DNA of 62,086 nt, filler included. It is 8 parts of 8 records of this genome, joined end to end, with 100 filler letters (N's around TTAATTAATTAA, not from the genome) between each part and the next. Parts side by side here need not be neighbours in the genome. Positions count along the whole stretch, not along the records: positions 1 to 6,618 come from SRR31156797_53062; positions 6,719 to 12,698 come from SRR31156797_53101; 6 more parts are not named here. One strand, 5' to 3'. Below the pieces are notes generated by a model. That model did no database searches. It saw only the letters and a list, made by a program, of their open reading frames with translations, and had not been told where the DNA came from. The position numbers were made by a program, and so were the translations under genes. Below are positions 1 through 10,038 of this stretch, piece by piece (the stretch's first letter is position 1; every line of letters starts with the position of its first letter).

Positions 1-10
1 TGCGGTAACC

Positions 11-1492
11 ATGATGGGCATGCCGTCCACCTACAAGGAAATAAACAACCGGGCCAATAAGTTTGCCCATGCCCTTATTGATTGGGGGATCAAGAAAGGG
101 GATCGCGTGGCCATGGTCATGGCCAATTCACCCACGTTTGTCGCCTGCCAGTTCGGTGCATTGAAAGCCGGGGCGACGGTGGTGCCGGTGAATCCTCTTT
201 ACACCGGGCGGGAGCTTTCGCACGTTCTGTCCGATTGCGGGGCCAGGCTGGCAGTGGTGTTGAGTCTTTTCGGACAAAATGTTGTGGATGTCCTGGATCA
301 GACTTCATTGGAAAAATTGATCGCTGTTCCCATTCCGGGCATGGAAATTCCTTTGCCCGAACAATATGTTTTGTTTGACGATTTTTCCGCCGGCGGCCCC
401 GAGAGCAATCCGGGTCTTGAAGTAGGCCTAAACGAGCCCGCCCTTAATCTTTATACAGGCGGCACCACGGGCCGGTCAAAGGGAGCGGTTTTGGCCCACC
501 GCACCCAGGTCTATGCATCCTGCATGCTAAAAAGTCTTGATCCCAACATGGAAGACCAGAAAGACTCCTTTATCCTGGTTAATCCCATGTTCCACATTAT
601 GGGCAACTGCATAATGACTTTTTGCATATATGCCGGTCTGCCCGTGCATCTTGTGCCCCAATACGATCCCGGCATGGTGTTGCAGATTCTGGACCAGGCC
701 AAACCGACCTGGTTTCCTGGCGTCCCGACCATGTTCATTGGCGTTATGAATCATCCCGATGTTAAAAATTACGATCTGACCAGCATCCGCTACTGTGTTT
801 CCGCGGCCGCGCCGTTCCCGGTCGAGGCCATGGAACAGTTTGAGGCGATAACAGGCTGCCGGGTGGTTGAAGCCTATGGCCTGACCGAAAGCGGTTCGCC
901 GATTACTTTCAATCCTTTTGTAGGAAAAAGGAAAGCCGGCAGCATTGGCATGCCGACCGCGGATGTGGATTTGAAATTAGTGGATCTGCTTGATGATCAA
1001 AAAGAACTTGGAATCGGCGAGGAAGGCGAGCTTTTGATTAAAGGACCTTCCATCATGGATTCTTATAGAAATATGCCCGATGAGACATTGGATGTTCTCA
1101 AGGACGGCTGGTTGCATACCGGGGATATCGCCAAAATGGATGAAGACGGCTATTTCTGGATAGTCGACAGAAAAAAGGACATGATTATAGCCGGCGGCTT
1201 CAATATTTATCCTCGCGAGATAGACGAAGTGCTGCACGAACATCCCAAGGTGCAACTGGCCTGTGCGGTTGGCGTTCCGGATCCGTACCGCGGGGAGACG
1301 GTCAAGGCTTTTATCGTGCCCATGCCCGGTGAAACAATAACCGAGGATGAAATAGTTTCCTTTTGCAAGGAGCGTCTCGCTGCTTACAAGGTTCCGAAAC
1401 TTGTGGAATTTAGAGACGCCCTGCCGACTTCCATTATCGGCAAGGTGCTAAGGAAAATTTTACGAGAGGAAGAGCAGGCCAGGCAGAAGTAA
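11..1492 (+). CDS. Long-chain fatty acid--CoA ligase (AMP-binding family); probably 5'-truncated at the window edge
   Basis: YTGGTTGRSKG P-loop, EAYGLTE, GWLHTGDI, DRKKD and the terminal GKVLR motifs of adenylate-forming enzymes. Confidence 0.9.
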   Translation: MMGMPSTYKEINNRANKFAHALIDWGIKKGDRVAMVMANSPTFVACQFGALKAGATVVPVNPLYTGRELSHVLSDCGARLAVVLSLFGQNVVDVLDQTSLEKLIAVPIPGMEIPLPEQYVLFDDFSAGGPESNPGLEVGLNEPALNLYTGGTTGRSKGAVLAHRTQVYASCMLKSLDPNMEDQKDSFILVNPMFHIMGNCIMTFCIYAGLPVHLVPQYDPGMVLQILDQAKPTWFPGVPTMFIGVMNHPDVKNYDLTSIRYCVSAAAPFPVEAMEQFEAITGCRVVEAYGLTESGSPITFNPFVGKRKAGSIGMPTADVDLKLVDLLDDQKELGIGEEGELLIKGPSIMDSYRNMPDETLDVLKDGWLHTGDIAKMDEDGYFWIVDRKKDMIIAGGFNIYPREIDEVLHEHPKVQLACAVGVPDPYRGETVKAFIVPMPGETITEDEIVSFCKERLAAYKVPKLVEFRDALPTSIIGKVLRKILREEEQARQK

Positions 1493-1515
1493 AACAGCTT
1501 ATATAATGGCTTATT

Positions 1516-1557
1516 AAAGCAACCGCCCGGTTTCCCGAAACAGGGCGGTTGCTTTTT
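1516..1557 (+). terminator. Rho-independent terminator
   Basis: AAAGCAACCGCCC...GGGCGGTTGCTTT stem with a T-tract, 24 nt after the ligase stop. Confidence 0.85.
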
Positions 1558-1628
1558 CGGACGAGGATTGGACGCCTCTTATTTGAGATTGTCTTGTTTT
1601 TATTAATTGCTGCTGATAATCTCGAGTC

Positions 1629-2057
1629 ATGATTCGAGCAGGTAATAAATATCATGCATTTGACTTGCGATTGACTCTTACGGGAATTATATGCAGCCTG
1701 ATTTTCGCGGGTGCCGCCTTCGGCGCGGGGCCGATGCTTAAATCAATTGAAACCAGGAGTGAAAGTAACGCTTTTATCCTGAAGGTTCTTGTCAGTGAAC
1801 GGACAACCCCGAAGGTTTTTTCTGCTAACCGTAAAAAAAGAAATATGTTGGTTATGGACTTCATCGGGGCTGTTTTGGATCATGGAGTTCCAAATTCCAC
1901 CAGACCGAATTACCCGGGAATCAAAAAAATCCGGGTTGGAGTGCACAAGGATAAAATTCGCGTGGTGATTGATCTGGACCCGGAAAAGTCATTCGACGCC
2001 GAGCAGTTTGTTTTCGACAACGCCTATGTTTTAAAGCTGATTTCTTCCGATTTATAG
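1629..2057 (+). CDS. Secreted AMIN-domain protein
   Basis: Signal-peptide-like N-terminus; LVMDF and IKKIRVGVHKDKIRVVIDL pattern typical of AMIN domains. Confidence 0.7.
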   Translation: MIRAGNKYHAFDLRLTLTGIICSLIFAGAAFGAGPMLKSIETRSESNAFILKVLVSERTTPKVFSANRKKRNMLVMDFIGAVLDHGVPNSTRPNYPGIKKIRVGVHKDKIRVVIDLDPEKSFDAEQFVFDNAYVLKLISSDL

Positions 2058-2315
2058 AAAGATAGTGAAACGTTCCGGCTGGTTGTGCTATGAATAATAA
2101 TGGAATTTTTATCGAGTGAAGGTTGAACGATAATTCGGGTCGGCCAGAAGCAGGAAATGCCGCCGACCGTTCGGGAAAAGATCCGGGGGAATAAGAACAG
2201 GTTGTTTATCCCGTCTTGCCCGATCAGCCGGCGCCGCGACCAGGTCGATGTTCACATGTATTCTTGCCTTATGGCCCTTTTGGTTTTCTGAGGCCAATAA
2301 TGGAGGAAGCCTCGC

Positions 2316-4394
2316 ATGTTCAGACTTGTTCGAATCGATAACGATCTAAGGCTGATAGACGAAAAGAACGCAGCCCGCCCTTCGGATCCCCGCTTGTTGA
2401 ATGAGATCCGCACTCCCGGAAATATTCCCGAGGCGCCTGCGGCGCCGTCAAAAGTGGAGGCCAAAGTCTGGGAGGATTTTGTCCGCACCGGTCGGGCCGA
2501 CGCCAGTGTTGTGCCCAAGTTCATTCTCGATTCGTGGAATAGGTGCCTTGAAGCCGAATTGCAGTTCTCCGGCGGACGGTGCCCGGACATTCTTTCATCC
2601 CGTGAATTGGAAAAACGGAAAAACCTGTTGGTGGAAGCGGCCGATCCGGTCATGGAAACGCTGTACCAGTGCGTAAGGGGAACGGACTTTGTAGTGGTTC
2701 TTATAGATGCGGATGGTTACATACTAAAAAGCATCGGCGATTTGAAGGCTTTGAGGAGGGCCGAAAATCTAAGCTTCGGACCAGGGTCCAATTGGTCGGA
2801 GATGTCGGTGGGCACCAATGCCATTGGTACATCCCTGGCCCTGGGCCGCCCCATAAAGGTGACCGGGCCGGAACATTATAATGACGGTCATCACTCCTGG
2901 ATGTGCGCGGCTTCGGTGATTCGCGATCCCAACGGAAAAGTAATCGGCTGCCTGGATTTGTCGGGCCCCAGGAGCAATGAAAAATTTAACAGCCTGGGTA
3001 TAGTGAGCGCTTCCATCCGAAACATAGAAGAACGTCTCAGGATGGAGCAGGCCCACTATTCATTACTGCGAGCCAACAGGTTTATGAACAATGCCATAAA
3101 CACTGTGTCGGAAGGCGTAATTTCGGTAACTTCGGAAGGAATGATCAACGGCGTCAACCGGGCCGCGGCCAGGCTTTTGGGCATGGTTCCAAGCGACATG
3201 GTGGGCAGAGACGCCGGTTCGGTCCTTAATTTGAATATCAACAAGGCCCAAATCGATAACTTTTCCGCACCCGGTGGAAAGAACCTGAAAATCAGCACGA
3301 GGTCGGGCAACGTTCACTGTCGTGCTTCGGTGAAGCCGTTTCGTAATGATGAAAAGGGTGAAGAAGGAGCTATCGTCACATTGAGCAGCCCCGGCCGGGC
3401 AAAAGAATCCAAACCGAGATTTGAGGGATTCAAGGCCCGGTATAGTTTCACCGATATTATCGGGAAGAGCGAGGCCATACAGGAAGCGGTGAACAGGGCG
3501 GTGCTGGCGGCGCGAAGTCCTTCAACAGTTCTGATTTTGGGCGAAAGCGGGACAGGCAAGGAAGTTTTCGCCCAGGCTGTTCACAACGCCGGAGAGCGCC
3601 GCGACGCCCCTTTTGTGTCCATCAATTGCGGAGCCATATCTCGCGAACTGGTTCAAAGTGAATTATTCGGTTATTCGGACGGGGCCTTTACCGGCGCCAG
3701 GAAAGGCGGACGCCTGGGTAAATTGGAAATTGCCGACGGCGGGACATTGTTCCTGGATGAAATAGCGGAAATGCCTTTGGAAATGCAGGTTAACCTCTTG
3801 AAAGTAATAGAAGATAAAGCCATACTGCCGGTTGGAGGAGATAAGGTCGTACCGGCGGACGTGAGGATTATTGCCGCGACCAATAAGAGTCTTTATCACG
3901 AAGTCAGGAACGGTAATTTCAGGGAAGATCTGTATTATCGCCTTAACGTGGTTTCCCTGGAAATTCCGCCTCTTCGGGAACGCGGAAACGATATCGACCT
4001 GCTCACGGAATATTATTTGGAGCGCTTGAGCGTGGTCATGAACAAGAATATTGAACGGGTGGACCCGCGATTTATGGACGCGGTCAGGTCATACGGCTGG
4101 CCGGGCAATGTCCGTGAACTGGTAAACGTATTGGAACAGGCCGTAAATTTCATGCAGGACGATGCATTGCGGCTAGAGCATCTGCCGGCCCGGATTAAGC
4201 CTGAGCGCTCGGCCCCGGCGTTTTTGGATCAGGACGATATTCTGCCTTTGGCGGTATTGGAAAAGGCGGCTATTGAACACGCCTTAAGCAAATGTCGGGG
4301 TAATATCAGCCGTGTGGCCAAGGCTTTGGGCATCGGGCGAAACACTTTGTATGACAAGATGAAAAGACACGGCATAGAAGTGCAGCGGGCCTGA
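2316..4394 (+). CDS. acoR: Sigma54-dependent Fis-family activator, AcoR type (GAF-PAS-AAA+-HTH)
   Basis: GTNAIGT GAF motif, GESGTGKE Walker A, GAFTGA, FLDEI, WPGNVREL, C-terminal HTH; sits upstream of E2/E3 genes. Confidence 0.85.
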   Translation: MFRLVRIDNDLRLIDEKNAARPSDPRLLNEIRTPGNIPEAPAAPSKVEAKVWEDFVRTGRADASVVPKFILDSWNRCLEAELQFSGGRCPDILSSRELEKRKNLLVEAADPVMETLYQCVRGTDFVVVLIDADGYILKSIGDLKALRRAENLSFGPGSNWSEMSVGTNAIGTSLALGRPIKVTGPEHYNDGHHSWMCAASVIRDPNGKVIGCLDLSGPRSNEKFNSLGIVSASIRNIEERLRMEQAHYSLLRANRFMNNAINTVSEGVISVTSEGMINGVNRAAARLLGMVPSDMVGRDAGSVLNLNINKAQIDNFSAPGGKNLKISTRSGNVHCRASVKPFRNDEKGEEGAIVTLSSPGRAKESKPRFEGFKARYSFTDIIGKSEAIQEAVNRAVLAARSPSTVLILGESGTGKEVFAQAVHNAGERRDAPFVSINCGAISRELVQSELFGYSDGAFTGARKGGRLGKLEIADGGTLFLDEIAEMPLEMQVNLLKVIEDKAILPVGGDKVVPADVRIIAATNKSLYHEVRNGNFREDLYYRLNVVSLEIPPLRERGNDIDLLTEYYLERLSVVMNKNIERVDPRFMDAVRSYGWPGNVRELVNVLEQAVNFMQDDALRLEHLPARIKPERSAPAFLDQDDILPLAVLEKAAIEHALSKCRGNISRVAKALGIGRNTLYDKMKRHGIEVQRA

Positions 4395-4509
4395 TCGTGC
4401 TCAAACCATCCCTAACATGATGTTTTGTTTCAATATGTTTCCGTCCTGATAGATTAATGTCGGACTACTTGCTACGGGCGTTTTGATCCGGGAAAAGCAA
4501 GAATATTTA

Positions 4510-4613
4510 TGTTCCGATTTCTAACACTGTTCGAAATCAGGACAAATTGCTTATCGGCTTTGATTGCGACTTAAAAATATTATATTGCATATTAGCTGTT
4601 CTAAAATCGAACA
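4510..4613. promoter_or_regulatory. Three TGT-N11-ACA palindromes, probable upstream activator sites
   Basis: TGTTCCGATTTCTAACA (4510-4526), TGTTCGAAATCAGGACA (4528-4544), TGTTCTAAAATCGAACA (4597-4613), 150-250 bp upstream of a -24/-12 promoter. Confidence 0.7.
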
Positions 4614-4761
4614 CATTCTGAAATTCAAAGAATTCTCACCGTATTAAGCGTTTAAGTAAATCAACCTGGCTACTCTTTAAAAAGTTAATCAATTTATGTA
4701 GTTAAGAGTCAATTCTGTTTTGATTCGTCTTCGTGCTTTAATTGTCCCAATTTTCAAAAAT

Positions 4762-4776
4762 TGGCACAGAGTTTGC
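4762..4776 (+). promoter_or_regulatory. Sigma54 -24/-12 promoter
   Basis: TGGCAC-AGAGT-TTGC, consensus motif and spacing. Confidence 0.88.
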
Positions 4777-4838
4777 CACTTGAATACAGCAAACAGGAAA
4801 ACGATTAATCATCTCTTTTGGGGAGGAGGTTTGTTCAA

Positions 4839-6170
4839 TTGAGCGAGAACATTGTAATGCCCAAATGGGGCTTGACCATGAAACAAGGCAAGCTGACCAA
4901 GTGGTTTAAACAAGAGGGCGATGCTATCGAGAAGGGCGAAGTCTTTTTCGAGGTGGAAACTGAAAAAATTACCAACACCGTTGAATCCACCGCCGGAGGC
5001 TTTGTATTTCAGATTGTCGTGCCCGAAGGGTCCACTGTCCCGGTTGGGACGGTGGTGGCTATTGTGGCGGCCGAAGGAGAACAGCCGGAGCGTATCGAGG
5101 GAATCCAGGCCGGAGAAGCAAAGGCGGAACAGCCCAAGGAAGCGGCCAAGGCCAAGACGGCCGAGCCCGCGGAAAAGAAATTTATACCTGCCACGCCTTC
5201 GGCGCGGCGGGTGGCCAAGGAACTGGGCGTCGACCTGGCGTCCGTACCCGGCACCGGTCCGGAAGGCAGGGTGACGGAAGGCGATGTCAAGAAATTCCAT
5301 GAAGAAGGACCTCCTCCGCCCAAGGCCACTCCTCTGGCCGCTGAAATGGCCCGCCAGTCCGGCATTAACCTGGCCGAGGTGCCTGGAACCGGAGAAGGCG
5401 GAAAGATTACCAAGGAAGATGTCGAACGGTTTATAAAGGGCGACCAGGCGGCCGGCGAGGCTGAAGCCCCGGCCGAGGCGGCGCCTTCCTCCATTCCTTT
5501 TTCCGGCATGCGAAGGGCTATTGCCGACAACATGCAGGCCAGCCTGGCCAATGCGGCTCAACTTACCGCTTTTGTCGAAATCGATGTCACGGAAACAACC
5601 CGCTTTCTGGACTTGGTGCGCGAAGAATACAAGAAGGACGACAAGGTCAGGGTTTCTTACAACGACATCATTATTTTAGCTGTTTCAAGAGCTCTGAAAA
5701 AGCATCCTATTATGAATTCCACGTTGGTGGAAGATGAGATCCTTTTACACGAATCCGTCAACATGGGCGTGGCCGTGGCTCTGCCCGAAGGTTTGATCGT
5801 GCCTGTACTCAGGGATGCGGATAAGATGGGGCTGTTGCAGATAGCTTCCGAAGCCAGGGGGCTGGCCGGCAGGGCCAGGGAAAACGCCTTGACAGTGGAT
5901 GAAGTAACCGGGGGCACCTTTACCATCACCAACACAAGCATGTTTGAAGTCGATGGATTCACGCCGATTCTCAAGGCGCCGGAAACAGGCATTCTGGGCG
6001 TCGGTCAAGTCAAGGAAAAACCGGCTGTGCATGAAGGCGAGATCAAGATTCGAAAAATAATGACCATCAGCCTGACATATGATCACCGTGTGGTGGACGG
6101 CGCTCCGGCCCATGCTTTTCTGCAGACTATCGGCCGTTACTTGAAGCAGCCGTACCTGATAATGACCTGA
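4839..6170 (+). CDS. acoC: Dihydrolipoamide acetyltransferase (E2), AcoC-like, with one lipoyl and two peripheral-subunit-binding domains
   Basis: GGAGGAGG RBS before TTG 4839; VETEKIT lipoyl lysine; two ATP..A....G.DL/NL..VPGTG repeats; DHRVVDG catalytic motif. Confidence 0.8.
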   Translation: MSENIVMPKWGLTMKQGKLTKWFKQEGDAIEKGEVFFEVETEKITNTVESTAGGFVFQIVVPEGSTVPVGTVVAIVAAEGEQPERIEGIQAGEAKAEQPKEAAKAKTAEPAEKKFIPATPSARRVAKELGVDLASVPGTGPEGRVTEGDVKKFHEEGPPPPKATPLAAEMARQSGINLAEVPGTGEGGKITKEDVERFIKGDQAAGEAEAPAEAAPSSIPFSGMRRAIADNMQASLANAAQLTAFVEIDVTETTRFLDLVREEYKKDDKVRVSYNDIIILAVSRALKKHPIMNSTLVEDEILLHESVNMGVAVALPEGLIVPVLRDADKMGLLQIASEARGLAGRARENALTVDEVTGGTFTITNTSMFEVDGFTPILKAPETGILGVGQVKEKPAVHEGEIKIRKIMTISLTYDHRVVDGAPAHAFLQTIGRYLKQPYLIMT

Positions 6171-6201
6171 GCAGACCCAAATAAGGAGGCGAGTAAAAAC
6201 T

Positions 6202-6618
6202 ATGTATGATGTCGTAATTATCGGCGGAGGCTCCGGTGGATATGCGGCTTCCATTCGCGCTTCCCAATTGGGGGGCAAGGTCGCGGTGGTGGAAGCGTCG
6301 GATATCGGAGGCGTGTGCGTCAACAGGGGCTGCATTCCCACAAAGATATGGCTGCGGGCCGCTTATTTGCTGCATTCCCTTAGAAACGGGAGCGAATACG
6401 GAATAACGGCGCCCATTGACAAGCCCGACCTGGCGGCTGTAGTAGCCAGGAAAAACGGCGTATCCGGGGACATCCGCATGGGCATGGAAGGTCTTCTGGC
6501 TAATAACCAGGTCGAAGTCATCCCGGGTAAAGCCGTGGTCAAAAGTCCGGGGTTGGTGGACGTGGAAGGAAAGTCGCTGGAGACGAAAAAGATTATCCTG
6601 GCTACGGGCAGCAGTCTT
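6202..6618 (+). CDS. lpdA: Dihydrolipoamide dehydrogenase (E3), 3'-truncated by contig end
   Basis: GGGSGG FAD motif, GGVCVNRGCIP redox disulfide, IILATGS. Confidence 0.88.
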
Positions 6619-6718
6619 NNNNNNNNNNNNNNNNNNNNNNNNNNNNNNNNNNNNNNNNNNNNTTAATTAATTAANNNNNNNNNNNNNNNNNNNNNNNNNN
6701 NNNNNNNNNNNNNNNNNN
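6619..6718. other. Artificial contig linker
   Basis: N44-TTAATTAATTAA-N44 with stops in all six frames; identical linkers at 12699-12798, 22100-22199, 30170-30269, 44779-44878, 50294-50393, 56166-56265. Confidence 0.98.
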
Positions 6719-7448
6719 TATTTTTTTTTGCAAGCCGTTTTTTGGCGGCTTCCCATACCGTATTGAACAGCAGGGAATAGAAATAAGAATTCTCGCCCAA
6801 CCATTTAATCATTGGAAGACTGTATATGAAATTTTGGATTGAAACCCCTGGAACGTGTTGATGCCTGTTAACGATTAACCTGTCGTCTTTAATCCGGAAC
6901 AGGTCGGCTTTAATGTTATCCTCAAAATCGTTTTTAAAAAAGCCGACAACAACGTAATCAGGCTTGTACCTGATTCCCTCCTGTTCCAGGAATACCAATT
7001 CTTCCGCCGTGCTGAATCCGGACACGCCTGCATTTAACACTTCCGCTTTAACGCCATGCTTTAGTAAAAATCGTTCAAGCACCTTTGAATATGTGAATTC
7101 CTGGCGAACTTCAAAACCCTGTGTGTGAGAATCTCCCAAAACAAGGATGCGTATCACCCCTGGCTTCTTCTCGTACGACCAATCATATTTGGCTCTGAAT
7201 CCCTGGCTATTGGTCGCAAATTCCCATGATCCATCCACACTTGTGTGATTAAAGGTAATGTTGGGCCGAAGGCGCCGGATTGTAAATTGTCCATAGGCGG
7301 CATCCGTGTGATAGCGTGGAAACAGGACCATATCGTCTTTATACAGGAGACGGACTCCTATTTCGGCGATTAAAAAACATACAAACAATGTAAAGCCAAT
7401 TAGTCCAAGATTGAGCAGCCAATTTTTTGTTCTGGATTGCTTTGCCAT
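6719..7448 (-). CDS. SGNH/GDSL hydrolase-family protein with N-terminal TM anchor (SxtL-like position), 3'-truncated
   Basis: NSQGFR, LGDSHT block I, VLNAGVSG block II, FFKND block III. Confidence 0.85.
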
Positions 7449-7553
7449 CCGTATGTCCTGCCAGGTTATTTACTTCAGAAAAAAGTTTTTATTTAATTTA
7501 TGATAACAGGTCTCCAACCTATTCAAAACAACCTATGGGGCGCCCTTAACAGA

Positions 7554-9416
7554 TCAATCCAACTCGTATATATCGCGCCAGTTTTCTTTTTCTTTCCAAT
7601 CCGGCTGCTCCTGCTTGGAAAAAAGGAAATCGCCCATGACCAGGTAGTCCATTTCAGTTCGCATGAAGCAGCGATATGCATCCTCGGGCGTGCAGACAAT
7701 GGGCTCCCCTCGAACATTGAAACTTGTGTTGACTACTAATCCGCAGCCGGTCTTTGCTCTAAACGCACTGATGAGTTTGTGATACCTGGGGTTTGTCTCC
7801 TTGTGCACGGATTGGATGCGCGCGGAGTAGTCCACGTGCGTAACCGCGGGGATATCGGAGCGCTGCAGATAGAGGCGCTCCCACATGTCCATTTCCTCGT
7901 ACCCCTTTGGGAGAGGATTGCGGCGGTTTTCCAAAACCGGCGCAACCAGGAGCATATAAGGCGAGGGGGCGCCGTTCAATCCGAAATAATTGCCGGCCTC
8001 CTCGGCCAGGACGGACGGGGCGAAAGGTCGAAATCCCTCGCGATACTTGATCTTGAGATTGAGCTTTTTCTGCATTTCAGGATCGCGGGGATCGCCGAGT
8101 ATGCTGCGGGCGCCCAGGGCGCGGGGACCCCATTCCATGCGGCCCTGGAACCAGCCAATAACGGCGCCATTGGCCAGGCGCCCGGCCGCAATGGAGCAGA
8201 GTTCATCAAAGTTATGGAATCTCTTGTAATTCGCCTTGTATCGTTTGGCAACGCGCAGAATGTAGTCGTCCCCGTACATAGGACCGAGGAATGCGCCTTG
8301 CATGCTGTCTGATCCGGCATTAATTATTCGGTCTCGCCCCAAAGTTATATGATGCGTGACAAGCGCGGCGCCTAAAGCGCCGCCGGCATCGCCGGCCGCG
8401 GGTTGTATCCATATGTCTTTGAAGGGCCCCTCACGAAGGAGCTTGCCGTTGGCAACGCAATTCAGGGCGACGCCCCCGGCCATGACCAGGTTTGTGCCGC
8501 CGGTAAGTTCCTGAGCGGTATTTGCCATGAGAAAGACTACTTCCTCGGTTACCTGCTGGATAGCCAGGGCCATGTTCATGTATGGCTGTGTGATTTCGCT
8601 CTCAGGCAGACGCCGTTCTATTTGGAATAGCTTTTGGAAGGCCCGGTCATTGCACATGGTCAACCCTGTGGCAAAATCAAAATACTTCATGTTCAATAGC
8701 AATGAACCATCATCGCGCAAGTCAACCAACTCTTCCAAGATGAGTTGTTTCCATCTCCTGGTCTGCTCGCTTTCAGGATTGCCGTAGGGCGCCAGGCCCA
8801 TGAGCTTGTACTCTCCGGAGTTGACCTTGAATCCGGTGTAATAAGTGAAAGCGGAATAAAGCAATCCCAGGGAATGCGGGAAGTCAAGCTGCCGCAGAAT
8901 CCGGATGTCCTTTCCCTCTCCCATGGCAATAGTGGAAGTGGCCCACTCCCCGACTCCGTCCAAAGAGAGGATAGCCGCTTTTTCAAAAGGAGAGGGGTAG
9001 AACGCACTGGCCGCGTGTGAAAGATGATGTTCCGGGAACAACAGGGCGGGGCGCCCCGGGCCGAGCCTGGCAAGCTCATCACGGATCATCTTTTTCATGA
9101 AAATTTTTTCTTTGATCCAGACCGGCATTGCCGCCAGAAAGCTGCGCAGCCCTCGAGGCGCAAAGGCGTGATAGGTCTCAAGGAGCCGTTCGAACTTAAG
9201 ATAGGGTTTTTCATAAAAAGATACAGCCGCAAGGTCCCCGGGTTCCAGGCCGGCCTCTTCAAGAACGTACCTGGCGGCATTGGCCGGAAAAGAGGCGTCG
9301 TGCTTTTTGCGGGTAAAGCGCTCCTCGTGGGCCGCGGCTATAATCTCCCCGTCCACGATCAATGCCGCGGCGCTGTCATGATAAAAGGCCGAAAGGCCCA
9401 GGATGGCTTCAGACAT
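7554..9416 (-). CDS. O-carbamoyltransferase, NodU/CmcH/SxtI family
   Basis: YHDSAAAL, EERFTR, HHLSHAAS, DGVGE, GEYKLMGLAPYG, GGVALNC, GPRALG, FRPFAP, NTSFN motifs. Confidence 0.95.
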   Translation of the reverse strand: MSEAILGLSAFYHDSAAALIVDGEIIAAAHEERFTRKKHDASFPANAARYVLEEAGLEPGDLAAVSFYEKPYLKFERLLETYHAFAPRGLRSFLAAMPVWIKEKIFMKKMIRDELARLGPGRPALLFPEHHLSHAASAFYPSPFEKAAILSLDGVGEWATSTIAMGEGKDIRILRQLDFPHSLGLLYSAFTYYTGFKVNSGEYKLMGLAPYGNPESEQTRRWKQLILEELVDLRDDGSLLLNMKYFDFATGLTMCNDRAFQKLFQIERRLPESEITQPYMNMALAIQQVTEEVVFLMANTAQELTGGTNLVMAGGVALNCVANGKLLREGPFKDIWIQPAAGDAGGALGAALVTHHITLGRDRIINAGSDSMQGAFLGPMYGDDYILRVAKRYKANYKRFHNFDELCSIAAGRLANGAVIGWFQGRMEWGPRALGARSILGDPRDPEMQKKLNLKIKYREGFRPFAPSVLAEEAGNYFGLNGAPSPYMLLVAPVLENRRNPLPKGYEEMDMWERLYLQRSDIPAVTHVDYSARIQSVHKETNPRYHKLISAFRAKTGCGLVVNTSFNVRGEPIVCTPEDAYRCFMRTEMDYLVMGDFLFSKQEQPDWKEKENWRDIYELD

Positions 9417-9426
9417 GCCTGCGGCC

Positions 9427-9576
9427 TTAGAATATTGTATAAATAAAAGGCGCCACGGCCGAGCCGCCGGTTAAGACAATCAATATGCCAAAAAGAAGCG
9501 ACGTAACAATAATCGGAAGAAGCCAAAACTTTTTACGCACTTTAAGATATTTCCATAGATCACTAAGAAAATCCAC
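9427..9576 (-). CDS. 49-aa small membrane protein, SxtK/DUF5989-like (absent from the ORF track)
   Basis: GTG start; MDFLSDLWKYLKVRKKFWLLPIIVTSLLFGILIVLTGGSAVAPFIYTIF with the RKKFWLLP and SAVAPFIY signatures. Confidence 0.9.
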   Translation of the reverse strand: MDFLSDLWKYLKVRKKFWLLPIIVTSLLFGILIVLTGGSAVAPFIYTIF

Positions 9577-9633
9577 TTTCACTTCCTCAATAAGAAATTA
9601 AGAACAAAAAAAGCTGTAGCCTGTAAGCGTTGT

Positions 9634-10038
9634 TCAAAACATCTGTTCGATGTCGTGCGAAACAACTGTTGAATCAAGTTCGCGAAAAACCGAGCCCTTG
9701 CCTGCTTTCCATTGCTTTAGTTTCAAAGGATCGGCGCCGCTTATCCTCCGGAGCAGACCGATAGGCGTGACAATAGTTGCGAAAAGGATGGTTAGAATTA
9801 TCCTGGACATCACGGCGCCCAAAAGCGTGGATAATCCAAACCATAAGGCGGCCCACGGTTTAAAAAGCCTGGGTTGAATCATGAGCAGTAGCGTTATAAT
9901 AATTAAAATTGGAACAATCTTGACATATCCGCCTATGTATAAAGCGAGCAACCCAATTAGAATCAGGGCTGCGCCTGCGTCCTTGCACTGATGAATATCA
10001 GGCCGCAGGAAGAAGCTCCCCTTTTTTTTATCAGTCAT
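9634..10038 (-). CDS. SxtJ-family membrane protein
   Basis: TM helices plus W..L...LG.V.SRIIL...F..IVTPIG...R..G.DPL and terminal EQMF pattern; next to sxtK/sxtI homologues. Confidence 0.85.
   Translation of the reverse strand: MTDKKKGSFFLRPDIHQCKDAGAALILIGLLALYIGGYVKIVPILIIITLLLMIQPRLFKPWAALWFGLSTLLGAVMSRIILTILFATIVTPIGLLRRISGADPLKLKQWKAGKGSVFRELDSTVVSHDIEQMF

Noticed and set aside
6719-10038. Saxitoxin biosynthesis
   Set aside because: Only the widespread sxtI/J/K/L-like genes are present; no sxtA, sxtG or sxtB-like core genes are visible
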